DNA of 53,824 nt, filler included, from Basidiobolus ranarum (GCA_040143965.1; 4 parts of 4 records of this genome joined end to end with filler, not necessarily neighbours in it); one strand, 5' to 3'. Shown: positions 13,503 to 25,181, numbered from the whole stretch's first letter. Notes: generated from the letters alone by a model not told the origin. Numbers and translations are program-made.

Positions 13503-13965
13503 AGAAGTGAACTTTATTTATTGTAATACTGAAAATATGCTTGCAGATATACTAACAAAACCACTCAAAACTTCAAGCTTTGAGAAGTTAAGAGCAGGAA
13601 TAGGCATTAGTGATTATAAGCACAATGCTGAATAAGAATTAAGGGAAGGTGTTGGATAATTTATCCTTATTCAACATCATAGTTAGCTTTAGTTATGATA
13701 TATATATCAGATGCAGAAAGCAACGTATCTATAGCCCCTATATTCTAAATAGGAATATCTCTATATCTATATAACAAGTAAGTCTTATTACCCCTGCTTA
13801 TCTATTATATCTTATTACACAAACTCCTGAATATCTCAAATAAATGATTTACTTTCTACTATATAAGTCACCATATAATCTTAAAATAAAGTAACTAAAA
13901 ACACACTATCATAAGTTGCTTCTAATACTCAAAGTCTAACCCCATTATGTGAAGATCCTCCAACA
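13503..13965 (+). mobile_element. Ty1/copia 3' end: RNase H C-terminus, polypurine tract and 3' LTR (13650-13965)
   Basis: YCNTENMLADILTKPL...FEKLR, stop at 13633-35, then purine tract AAGGGAAGG, then TGTTGGA...TCCAACA terminal inverted repeats. Confidence 0.85.
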
Positions 13966-14875
13966 GCTATAATTCAGGATAATCAAAGTTCTATCAAATT
14001 AGCTAGAAATCCTTTGATTCATGCTTATAGCAAAAAAAACAGATATTAAATATCAATTCAATTGATAGACTCTGGAAAACAATTCTACTGACTTAACTTC
14101 TTGTTCTACACAAAACATGATTGCTGATATATTAACCAAACCATTAGCAAGGCCAAAATCTGAGCAATTTAGGCCTTCCTTAGGATTAGTTTATATGGCT
14201 GTTTAGTTGAGGGACAGTGCTGAAATTAACATTGCCTAAACACCTATATAGTCATATATAGCTTAGTACTTAGTTATCTTATAAATTGCTTAGATATTAC
14301 CCATTATTCTCAATTGGAATTTACTTTGAACATTTTTACCAACTCAGAAGTTCTCAGATATATAGATTTTTTCAAACTTGTGCCAGAAGCCCTAAGCATT
14401 CACACATGTTTCTGGGACCTTTCTAACACATTCTACATGTTAGCTTATTTGCATCTTGAAAAAACTACAAATGTCAACTTTCTACTCAATAAATCAATAA
14501 GTGAAAACCACCTGTTTCTCTAATCATCATTAATTAGCATTGCCTAAACACTTATATAGTTAAATATAGCTTAGGATATAGTTATCCTGTGTTTCTCAAA
14601 GATATTGCCCATTATTCCTAGTAGGAATTTACTTAGAATATTAACACTAACCTAGAAGCTCTCAGATATATTGATTTTTTCAAACTTGTGCTAGAAGCCC
14701 AAAACTTGGCATACATGTTTCTGGGATCTTTCTTAGCACATTCTACATGCTAGTTTGTTCATATATTGACAAAACTATAAATGCTATCTGAATACTTAAT
14801 AAGTCCATAAGTGAAAACCACCTATATCTCTAATTCTCTGAACCACTTCTAACAGACTTCCAAAATACTTCAACA
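13966..14875 (+). mobile_element. Second, decayed Ty1/copia 3' end: frameshifted RNase H, polypurine tract and duplicated LTR (14218-14875)
   Basis: IQDNQSSIKLARNPLIH...DIKYQF and STQNMIADILTKPL, TAG at 14204-06, GAGGGACAG tract, TGCTGAA...TTCAACA ends. Confidence 0.85.
14224..14834 (+). repeat. Two diverged tandem copies (period about 308 bp) of LTR sequence
   Basis: CATTGCCTAAACAC at 14230 and 14538. Shared blocks include CTCAGATATA, TTTTTTCAAACTTGTG, ACACATTCTACATG and ATAAGTGAAAACCACCT. Confidence 0.92.
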
Positions 14876-15602
14876 TTTGCATATGGCGTAGACATTTTGT
14901 ATTTGTGTATAACATTTATGCATGACCAAGCTATGCTTTTTGGCTCTAACATGTGCACTTCTTTAGTATCTTTCCCTGTAGGAAGTTTAGTGAGTGAATA
15001 TGAAATTGTTAGTGAAATATTAGAACAATTGAAATTGCATTTCTTGAGTACCAAGTTAGATTACATGTAAGGGAGTCCAATTCAGAAAACTCCTCTGTGC
15101 ATTGGTTAGCAGAGATAAGCTTGACTTCAAAATATATATGATCTCGTGTAAGGGCAAAATATCTAACTACCAAGCTAGTAGACATCCGAGCTAGGGTAAG
15201 TTGATGATAATCTTGGAAAAGCACCTTAATGTCATGCCTTAATAGAGATTAAATAGTAACACAGAAACGCATGTAGATTTGCACAGTATGCATTCATATG
15301 TAAGCTGAGCCCTTAGATACAACCTAATATAGGTGAATGACGGACAATCCCTATCTAGGAGCTAACTATCCCTGCTTATAGGCTGTAAAGCTTTCTAACT
15401 ATATATGACTCGTCTTCATTCTCCACTCAATCCCCATAATCTCTTCCTCTTGAGGAGGTTGGCTTTGTTTACCGGTCTTGACCAGAAATTCATTCACTTC
15501 ATTGTCTTTACATCGTCAAATATTAGCATTTTTATTCTGTTATAAGCGAGAATAAGGTCAACTACAAGGACACACAATCAAACCATCCAACTTTTCCGAA
15601 CC

Positions 15603-15884
15603 ATGCTCTTCAACACTTGCTTCCTTGTACTCAGCATCTACACCATCATGTGTACTAGCTTTGGACAAGCTGCCCCTACTGGTAAAGCCAAGAGCTCATG
15701 GACCTCATCCTGGTCGTCCTCTTGGTCGTCTACAGCCAAGCCAACTCATTATACCATCAATGGGCAATCATCTTCTTGGTCAACATCCTCCTCCTGGTCG
15801 TCTCATGGATCCTCATACACTTCGTGGACTAGTTCTTGGTCACTTCGTCGGTCTACTTCATCAAGACCCACTCCCACTGCATGA
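15603..15884 (+). CDS. Small secreted Ser/Trp-repeat protein of unknown function
   Basis: 93 aa with ACCATG start, a signal peptide ending near GQA-AP and three SSW repeat blocks. TATAAG at 15541, AATAAA near 16002. Confidence 0.7.
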   Translation: MLFNTCFLVLSIYTIMCTSFGQAAPTGKAKSSWTSSWSSSWSSTAKPTHYTINGQSSSWSTSSSWSSHGSSYTSWTSSWSLRRSTSSRPTPTA

Positions 15885-16464
15885 TGGGATATAATTACTA
15901 GCCATTCCATATCCAAAGGTTCATTCCCAATTCATCTTACACTGATACCTAGTTCCTCAAATATCACATGTATCTTGGATAGTTTACTATCTTAAACGAT
16001 CAATAAAAAATCCCCCTTTCCTGCCATAAAGGTAACTTGATTTTACTACAAACAAAAAAACTAAGCCAACTTCCTCAAGCGAAAAGATAATAGGAGATAG
16101 AGACGAATCAAAGTGAAATGACTCAAGGTCATGGATACACTAAGCTAATGGTCACTGCCACTGTGGGAAATAGTAGAAGATACTGACATCCATTCTGTGC
16201 ATTAAAGTGACTACAGAATTAACCAGCTATTGAGACAGTTAAATATCTAGCCCATTTGCATAAACTACCTAGAAATTTAGCCGTCTCTCATGTTCATTGA
16301 TTGCTCTCTCTCTCTGCAAATCGATATTTTCGTCATTTATGATTCAAATCACATAAGTACTTTTATGAAATGTTGCTCAGGGTAACAACATTAGATAAAA
16401 ACCTCAAAATAGATGGCATAACTGAACCAGCATATATCTCAACCAAACCTAATATTCTTCGGAT

Positions 16465-17676
16465 ATGAACTATGAACTAAAGAATTTACACAATCACCCT
16501 CTCGGCAAACCTGCAAAGAAACTATTCCCATTGGAAGCTGGTTATACGAATCTTAACAATGGCAGTTTCGGTACGGTTCCTCTTTACGTGGAAGAGGTGA
16601 GACGCCATTGGTTAGCTAAGAGCGAAAGAAACCCTGATAAATGGTTACGTCTTGAATATTTTCAAGAATATGACCGAGTACGTGACGAAGTGGCTGACTA
16701 CGTTGGTGCTAAAAAAGAAAACTTAGTATTTGTTCAAAACGCCACCACTGGTGTTAACTCGATAGTTCGTTCACTTAAATTTCAACCTGGTGAAAAGGTA
16801 CTTTACTTTAGCACTACTTACAACGCAGTGAAACAATTGCTTTATTATCTACAAGAAGCCCAAGGATTATCACTTGTGGAAGCTCCAATTGACTTTCCTT
16901 TCAAAGATGAAGAGGTTTTAAAAATAATAGATGAACTTATAAATAAGCAACAGAACATCAAATTGGCTATTGTGGACGCAATTTCTTCCGCACCTGGGGT
17001 GATCTTTCCATTTGAAAAATTGATTCGACTTTTTAAGTCAAAGGGAATCTTGGTCTTAGTTGATGCCGCTCATGCCTATGGTCAGATTCCACTAAAGCTC
17101 GAGGAATTTGGTGCGGATTTCTTCGTAACAAACATACACAAGTGGGGACACTGTGCACGCCCTTGTGCCTTATTACATGTAGCAGAAAATCATCAAGCGG
17201 ATGTTCACCCTTCAGCTATATCACATGGGTACGAAACTCGTAAATTCTACGATGATTTCCAGTGGACTGGTACGACCGACCTCAGCCAAATCATGTCCGT
17301 CTCAGCAGCACTCGAGTTTCGTAAGGCTGTAGGAGAAGAAAGAATTCTTACGTATATACACGAACTGGCAGTTAAAGGTGGACGTCAAGTTGCTAGTATC
17401 CTTGGAACTGAAGTTATAGGCGATGAACATCAAATAGGTGCTATGGTGAATATCAGACTGCCCTTATCTAGTGAACATGGAGATAAGTATATTCGTGGGT
17501 TAGCCGAGACCCTCTTAAAGAACTTCAATATCGCGTTGATGGTTTATCAATACAAGATTAACTGGTATATTCGCTTATCAGCTCAAATATTTAATTCCCT
17601 TGAAGAATTTGAAATGGTTGGTCACTTGATTCGTGATCTGATTGAAGGGAGAAGTCCACCATCTCCAAAATTTTAA
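16465..17676 (+). CDS. EGT2: PLP-dependent class V C-S lyase, hercynylcysteine sulfoxide lyase (Egt2) / L-cysteine desulfhydrase-like
   Basis: Intronless 403 aa with LNNGSFG, NATTGVN, VDAAHAYG, TNIHKW (PLP lysine), WTGTTD and YIRLSAQIFN. The exact substrate is inferred. Confidence 0.8.
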   Translation: MNYELKNLHNHPLGKPAKKLFPLEAGYTNLNNGSFGTVPLYVEEVRRHWLAKSERNPDKWLRLEYFQEYDRVRDEVADYVGAKKENLVFVQNATTGVNSIVRSLKFQPGEKVLYFSTTYNAVKQLLYYLQEAQGLSLVEAPIDFPFKDEEVLKIIDELINKQQNIKLAIVDAISSAPGVIFPFEKLIRLFKSKGILVLVDAAHAYGQIPLKLEEFGADFFVTNIHKWGHCARPCALLHVAENHQADVHPSAISHGYETRKFYDDFQWTGTTDLSQIMSVSAALEFRKAVGEERILTYIHELAVKGGRQVASILGTEVIGDEHQIGAMVNIRLPLSSEHGDKYIRGLAETLLKNFNIALMVYQYKINWYIRLSAQIFNSLEEFEMVGHLIRDLIEGRSPPSPKF

Positions 17677-18177
17677 TCGTATACATATGTTTAATTAAAG
17701 TGTTTTGACATACCATACCGCCTTACTTAATGCTACTTTTTACCTCTGGCGCTTTGTGCATGGGTAAAGCTGAATACTAATTTCAATAAACACCAAAAGC
17801 GGCAGATACGCTACCAGTTCCCAGATCCTCTTTGTACTCGCCCTCCAATATAGCTTGTTGATGGGCGCTTCAAAAAAATCCTGAAATAAACAAGATTAGC
17901 TTAGGCTCTGAGATACGCTAACGTTGTAAACCGCACATCCATACCAGCTTAAACGTAAGAAATTTCTATATAGAATTGGCGCTCAATTAGTCACACCGTG
18001 ATGTTGTGTTGCTCATTTCTTCCGACACAAGACCATTGAAAATCCTACCATTTTAGTAGTAAAGTGAAAATTCCTCCTTAAATGAAACTTATAAGAAATG
18101 TTCGTTAGAGGTATAAAGAGATAGGATGTTCTAGGATCAGACCATTATCCTTTGTTTTCCATTCACAAGAATCGCTC

Positions 18178-19301
18178 ATGATCCGCTCTCTAGTCAAGTA
18201 CTCATGTCTAGTCATTGCTAGTGTAAACTATGTCGCTGCCCAGGATTCTGGAGAAGGGTTCGTTTTCAAATGTGATCAACCGGGATCCTTTGCCTTGACT
18301 TTTGATGATGGTACGTTCGAGTGGTATTCTTTAATTGTACAATTACTACTTTACTCATGTCATTCCTTTATTGTACAGGCCCAAGTCCATACACTGGTAC
18401 TTTATTAGCTACTTTAAAGAGCTATGGCATCAAGGCCACTTTCTTCTCTGTGGGTACCCAGGCTGCTGATGCTAGCATCTCAAAGTATCTCAAGCAAGCC
18501 TATGCTGAAGGACATCAGATTGCTTCTCATACCAATACCCATGCTGACCTTAATAAACTCACCGCGGATCAAGTTAGAAATGAAATGAAGCTGACGGAGA
18601 ACGCCATTCGTAGTGCTACTGGTGTTGTACCTGCCATGATGCGCCCTCCTTATGGTAATTGTAATGAACAATGTAGGGGAATTATGAAAGAGATGGGATA
18701 TACTGTTGTTCAATGGAGTGTTGATTCTAATGATTGGCAATACATGCAACAACCAGAAAAATGGGATTCACTTGTTACTAATGTTGTTAAGGTTGTCGAT
18801 GCCTCAAATATTCAAACTGACTCCTTTGTCTCTCTACAACATGATATTCATAACTTCAGCGTAGAAAGAACCCCGAAAGTCATCGATTCTATTAAAGCTA
18901 AAGGATACAAATTTGTCACCGTTTCGGAGTGCCTAAGTAACCGCTTCCCCATGTATCAAAATCAGGCCAATCCTAGCCCATCTGCACCTATCTCTACCCC
19001 AACTGCGAGTGCCAATTCTACACTCATAGTTAGTCCTACCGGCAGTGCCACTAGCGTATCTGCTTCTGCTAGTGTAACTGGCTCTTTACCTTTGACTACT
19101 AGTGCTTCTAGTATTTCTAGCATCTCTACTTCTACCTCCACGGTTTCTATCACTGACAACTCGTCACAAAACCCAACCACTACTAAATCTCAGAATCCAC
19201 CCACCGATATCAATACTGGCAATGATTCTGCAGTTCTCTCTGCCTCCACTTTTACCATGTCTATTATCGCTCTTTGCTTGGGATATCACAATCAAAATTA
19301 G
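18178..19301 (+). CDS. Chitin deacetylase (CE4/NodB), secreted, Ser/Thr tail, probable GPI anchor (exons 18178-18310, 18379-19301)
   Basis: Splicing restores TFDDGP. HTNTH, RPPYG, DSNDW and LQHD motifs are intact. Signal peptide and hydrophobic C-terminus are present. Confidence 0.93.
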
Positions 19302-19580
19302 ATTGACCAATGATTTACTTTTGACAACATTAATAATAATAATAGTAATGAATAATGATTTCAATATTAATACAATACCATATTCAAGATATTACCTACA
19401 ACTATCACAAGTAAATACTGGAAAATCACTAAGCCGATGGTGAGTGATGGGTAAGCTATTTTATTATACAGAGTAGGATATACATTAATAATACAACAGA
19501 TGCCAAGGTCAATTCGACCAATAGAACTGATTGTATTATTCATTTGGATGGATTAGATTATATACAAGGCATCTAGATTA

Positions 19581-19820
19581 TCAGCGAGTGTAGGTGAGTA
19601 TAACCCTATAACGAAGGGCTAATGCTCTATGATACTCCACTTCCTTGGCAGTTTGATAGCGGGCTCCATTGTGCATTGAGGAGCCACTGGAGTGATGAGA
19701 ATCCTTTGTGCTTGAATAGTTCTCCGGAACCATGTAGTATTCATAATCATTTGCTTCTTCTGGCATAATGTAATGGCCATTGTTGGAGCTCATTGAATGG
19801 TAAGAATCGATGTTAGTCAT
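19581..19820 (-). CDS. Small orphan protein, 79 aa, Tyr/His/Ser-rich
   Basis: ACTACAATG start context, TATAAAA about 55 bp upstream and protein-like composition. No family recognised. Confidence 0.55.
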   Translation of the reverse strand: MTNIDSYHSMSSNNGHYIMPEEANDYEYYMVPENYSSTKDSHHSSGSSMHNGARYQTAKEVEYHRALALRYRVILTYTR

Positions 19821-20817
19821 TGTAGTAATTTGTGATAGAGAATTAGGAATTTACTGCTGCCACTGTGAAGGGTTTTATACTTTTTCGGGTCATGGTTTCA
19901 CCGAATTCTGGATGAATAGAATATACCTATATTTGGTTTGATGATTTCTGATCCCTCCTTCTACCATCACTGCGCATTCCTCAACTGGAAGGCGAGCTTT
20001 CCAATTCATTCCGACATTCCGATTCATTGGCGATGATTGCGGCTTAGCCCAAACTTCAAATAAATCCATTGTCAGCATCACATAATCAGGTCAACCCACT
20101 CGTACTCCATTGTAAAGCAAATTAGTCAGATCGCAATCTCTTGCTGACTAAAATAGATATCCAGGAATGGGAAAGACACTATCGGAGACGGGAATCAGAA
20201 CGCAATCGTATCGATCACAAGCTTACAAGTCATCCAAATCATTCACCATTATTTCCGCCAATAGTAATATATGTACTGACGGAATCGGATTTGGTATCGG
20301 AAAAAAGGCTAGAGTGCGGAAATGAATATAGCCAAACCCGATAAAATAAATCTGATTATAGTAATATATCATGGTCAATAATGGTTAAATTGGATGTGCT
20401 GATTAATGACTTGTTTTTGAGGATAATTTCGAGGATGACGCCTCTTTAATATATGCGAAAAGAATGATATTAATTACTTGAATTTGATGATTATTCCTCT
20501 TTGTGGAGTCAATATAGAGTCTGAATATAGTGTGAGTTTTGGAAATAAGGCGGAGAATGATCAGCGCTGTAGTATCGGATATTAAGGCTCAATGTTGGTC
20601 GATGCAACATACAAAACAGTACAAGTTACACGATACCAAATGCGCATAGTGGCAAAACAATGATAGCGCATTAGTCCAATGTTTATTATTGATGTATAAT
20701 AGCAATTGATATAGATAGAATTTCTAAGGATGGCATTGTTATCTCAAGGGAATTGTATATGGGAATTTCAAAAAGGTTAGGGCAAAGGAGTCGATCCAAG
20801 CCGGTATTCTCGATTAT

Positions 20818-22085
20818 TCAATCTAAAGCAATGTCTTCCATCAGTTTAGCAATCTCTTCATTTGACCGAACCATTTGCCTAAGCTCAGTGTTCTCGTCCT
20901 GAAGATCACGAAGTCGAACACATTTCTCTGTATGTGATTGCTGGAAAGAGGTTTAGAGTCATAAGTAACTTTCATCGAAGCACTAAAGGAAGCCTTACCT
21001 TCAAGTTCTCATAATCTTGTTCAAGAGAGCTAAGTTTTGTCTGCAGATCAATTCGCAGCTTAGTCACGTGGATTATTTCTTGTCGGTACTTGCGAGATTC
21101 TCGGTCAAACTTCTCTATCTAACTCATTGGTTAATGCCAGTTATCAAAATCGATGAATATTAAGAAGCCCACCATTTCCTGGATTGTAGTATCAAAAGAG
21201 AGTCTCTTTTGTTCAGCCAAGTCACATTGCTTGGTTACATATGCTACGGTTTCTTCCAAATCTTGGATGTGTTCATTTAACTGGGAGGTTTTCATTTTTA
21301 GCTCTTCATTGGTTGCAGTTAAAAGTATAATCTGCATATGGAGAAATATTAATACAGAGAAATATTAGACGCCCAATTCCGATTTGATCTGGCTAATCGA
21401 GGCTTACCTCATTTTCCGAGTTGTTAGCCTCAGTCTCAAGACGTTTGCACAGGTCGTCAATCTCATGCTGATGTTGAGTAGCAAGCTATTACGTAATGGG
21501 TTAAATTATGTTGATATGGGACGTTTTCTGAGCACTATACCTTGCTTTGCCACTCGGCAAATTGATCCTCTAGTTCTCGAAGGTGATCTCGAGTTTCTCT
21601 AAGTTTATCTGGAGAAACAGGCTTAAGAAGAGATCTCATAAAGTGTAGTGAACATTTAATAACTAACCTTTATGGTGTTGATTCTCTTTTTCTAAGATTT
21701 GCCGTTTTTCCTCCACTTGTTGCTCTATCTTTTTTTGCTCTTCAAGGGTTTGTTTCAACTCGGCAATTTCATTGTTCTAAAAGAGTGTGTATATCAAACT
21801 CATCAGTTTGCGTTCAAATACGAATCAATATGTATGTATCACCTGTGAATTGAGCCTCGAAGCTAGACGACGGATACACTCTTTTAAAGCTAAAGTGTCG
21901 TTCTATTAAGCAGCGGCGGTTAGTAGGGAGTGAGTGTGTGAAGGGTTTTAATGAGTAGTGACCTCAGTTTCTAGATATGCACCCATGTCACCGAATTCAG
22001 CGTCTTGTGGGGGAAATTGGATGTGATTGTTGGAAATTTTAGAGAATCTGAAGTTCAGACTAGGAAATCTAGCATTGGCAAGCAT
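20818..22085 (-). CDS. Multi-exon coiled-coil protein of unknown function
   Basis: Series of short in-frame exons with GT-AG introns, from MLANARFPSL... through NNEIAELKQTLEEQKKIEQQVEEKRQ to RLRDLQDENTELRQM...IALD*. Confidence 0.72.
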
Positions 22086-22523
22086 TTTTAAATCGTATGA
22101 TGGTTATAGTGTGTTGGTTACTTCAAATACACTGTCTCTGCGAGAGGTATCTATAGAAATCCTAGTGAACAAGTGGGAGCGTTAAACTCACTCTGAATAC
22201 TCGAGTGGGATTATATAGGCTGACATCAAACATCATTTTGGTTTGACATGCACCCCATATTGTTGATGATTTGGTTGAACAGCATTTTGGAATTTGTTAA
22301 AACCCGGAGATTTTCCATGGTTCGTGGGCAGATCCGTTTATACGTTTGCTGATCCTTGGTTACCCCCAGTCAAGGTCTGCATCCAATAATTATGATTGTC
22401 TTCACTTGAACCATTTTACGGAATTAGATGAACCCAATTGTTAACCTTTGAAGTACCCTCGAAATGTGACCTTCTTTCATTATATGCATGTTGTTAAACT
22501 AGAGAGTTAAATCATCAAAGGAG

Positions 22524-22576
22524 TTAGGGTTAAGTGAAGATGAGGGTCAGGGTCAGGGTGAGAGTGAGAGTGAGGG
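22524..22576 (+). repeat. Degenerate hexamer array of TTAGGG-like variants
   Basis: TTAGGG followed by GAGGGT, CAGGGT x2, GAGAGT x2 and GAGGG in 6-nt period. Confidence 0.5.
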
Positions 22577-23698
22577 CTGCAGATCATCATATGCTAGCCT
22601 TTTAGGTCAAACTGTTTCGATCACCTTAGACTTGATGATCTCTGTGATCATTTGATAACAGTGGCTGGGCGCAGGGGCTTGGCATATAGGGATGTTCATA
22701 CAATGTTTCTTTAGTCGAAATTAATCGATGCCACCGCAATATGAGTTCATACCAGAATAGCCTGTTTGTGAATCCCTTGATTATTCCGAGTTTTCTCATA
22801 AGACCGTGTTGGGATACAAGGTTTGATTAAGAATTAGCCATCGACCAACTATAATAGTATCTTGAGAGTGACAGCTAAATATCTTTATTACGCCACATAC
22901 TAATTACTTTATTCTCCTCCATAATTGCGAAAGTGATCCCTTAAGGTGAAAGAATAGTAAATACAACTTTAAAGGTGACAAGGAAGATCCTCTACAAGCA
23001 TATGGATTTTAAGAGAACCTTTAACAAAGCGAATATTAAATATTACGACATTCAACTCTGCGAAAAGTATACATTACCAACAAGTTGCTAATTCATACTA
23101 CAAAGCCCACCCCCCTCCACTCTGAACACACAACCCAAGAACATATACTGTTTTATTGAATACTGAGGATGGCGACAAAAACTCTCGTGGGACTGTGAGG
23201 AATACAAATGCAGTAGTAATGAACATTCTTATGAGTCTTCTGTAAACAACATTCACTCATAAAGCTTCATGGCCGTATCTCCAAGTAAGCAGCAATAACA
23301 ATGGAAAATGAAGACATATAAAGGCATCAAGTATATTGACCGGGTGAACTTCGGCCATATGCTAGTACAAATATTTGCTAGAACAGACAACTATATCCTC
23401 TTACTAGGTAAATTTGGATATTTTCAGCGGTTAAAATATCAATGTGCTAGTAGTAGCGATATTGGTATTGTTTCTACTTGATCTACGGATAAACTAAAAA
23501 ACCTTCACATTACCCACCGCAAAATTATTCAAGATCTTTGATGTTTTATGATTGGTGAAGATAATTTCTTCATATATACTGAATATGTTCCAATTAAGGA
23601 ATATTTAAAAAAAACCCATGATTTAACTAACAGTTAATATTTGTTTATTCAACAATCCAGAGCTAACACAAGAGGAATAACATTGTAAACAAGTGTCT

Positions 23699-24502
23699 AT
23701 GTCTATTGCTTTCTTAACTTCAACACCCGACTTTACTCAAGCTGAGAGTCCAAAACTAAGATATGCTTTAGAAGAGGTGAATATCTTTTTTAGTCCAAAT
23801 ATATTTGGATCCCAATTCGAAGAAGGAACTCTTTACGTAGCTGAAAAGTTGGTGGCCCTTTTTTCATTTTCTCTTGGTTGAGAGACTTATTCTTATCGCA
23901 CTTTAGTCTTCTTTATTTCTTTTCGCACGGTTCAGCCATGGGTATCTCTATTGAGTATCCCTCAATTATAGTTCACGCCATCGATCCAACCGGTCCAGGC
24001 ATCTACTGTCAATTACAAGGGAATCCTCTTAATCCTAATCAGTCAAATGTACAGATAAATAACCTAGGTCCAAACGAATATATCGACTTTACAGAGCTTC
24101 GTCTCATACCCAAGGATGGTAGCATATGTAAGCATGCCTACATATTCTGAACCTTTATTTACAACTATGATATTTGCACTATATACTCACGTTTAAACCT
24201 TATAGTGGTTCCTTTGTATCAAGCAATTTCTGACTGCGCTTCTCTACACCCAGATCTTTTCGACAATGAGGATGAAGGAGACTGGTTTACCGGGGAATCG
24301 AATGATATGGAATTTACAGAGCAAGGACAGGTTGGAACCATTTTCCTTTTTGTAGCCTCCTCATACTGATTGTGTCTAAACCAAACAACCTTTATATAAT
24401 AAGGAAACCTTGGAGCGATTAGATTCACTGATTGAGATGCCCAGTCCTCAGCAGTTCCTTGAAATGGTCGAGGAATCATCACAACACCCTTCGCAACCAT
24501 AA
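23699..24502 (+). CDS. LOT5: Methylosome subunit pICln / Lot5-like PH-fold protein (4 exons)
   Basis: GTLYVAE, GISIEYPSIIVHAI, IYCQL, TELRLIP, LYQAISDCASLHPD, an acidic patch and GQETLERLDSLI. Confidence 0.88.
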
Positions 24503-24678
24503 AAACTTCACTATAACAAAGTGAACATTATACAAATGGTATTATTAGCAGTGATTGTCAGATACTTTGCGTTTATAAAGAATTTCATCATTCATTAAAA
24601 AGAGTTGCTTTGATTCGATCTGCAATGGAGACTTTTAATCAAGATAATAATAAAGCATATATATATATATTTGGTGGT

Positions 24679-25181
24679 TTAGAATTCCATTAATACTTGG
24701 TCAATCTTGTACAAATATCCGTTAACTGCACGCTTTTCTTCGTCTTTGAGTTGAGAATGATTGTTGAATATAGTACTGGTCTCTGAAGACTCTCCCTTGA
24801 TTTTCTTGGAATTTAACGTTGTGAACTCTTGAGAAACAAGTCTCTCTCGAGAGATGGCTTCAGGGATAATATGAGAGGCAACAATATCATGAAGTTCCTC
24901 TATATGCTCACTTATGTCTAGTTTCTGAAAGGCAGCATTGGTAGGAGCTAGTATGGTGAGTTGTAAGGTAGGATTGTATACCTGATCCACCTAAGTTAAT
25001 TGCAGAACTTTGTTAGACTTGTTCGCTTTTAAAAATGCTCTGAAAAAGGGAATACTAGATCGGGAAACTGTCGTAGAGCATCCAAGAAAATGGTGAGCGA
25101 CTTGTCACTAGGAATGTAATCACCTAGAGTGGGCTTCCCATCTTGCTCCACATCTTCGTAGTTACCATATAGCTTGGGCAT
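24679..25181 (-). CDS. Single fasciclin (FAS1) domain protein (2 exons; start uncertain)
   Basis: H1 motif LTILAPTNAAF, central SHIIP and H2 motif AVNGYLYKIDQVL. Upstream exon ...SLTIFLDALRQFPDL splices in frame. Confidence 0.8.

Noticed and set aside
14224..14834. CRISPR-like or satellite array
   Set aside because: Only two long diverged units bounded by LTR hallmarks, in a eukaryotic genome.
16465..17676. Bacterial horizontal transfer suggested by the intronless PLP lyase
   Set aside because: Motifs fit the fungal Egt2/LolT-like group and base composition matches the host. Lack of introns alone is insufficient.
15603..19820. Ergothioneine or secondary-metabolite cluster around the Egt2-like gene
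   Set aside because: No Egt1, NRPS, PKS or transporter nearby, and the neighbours are functionally unrelated.
22524..22576. Telomere or chromosome-fusion scar
   Set aside because: Only one perfect TTAGGG, internal and degenerate; more likely simple sequence.
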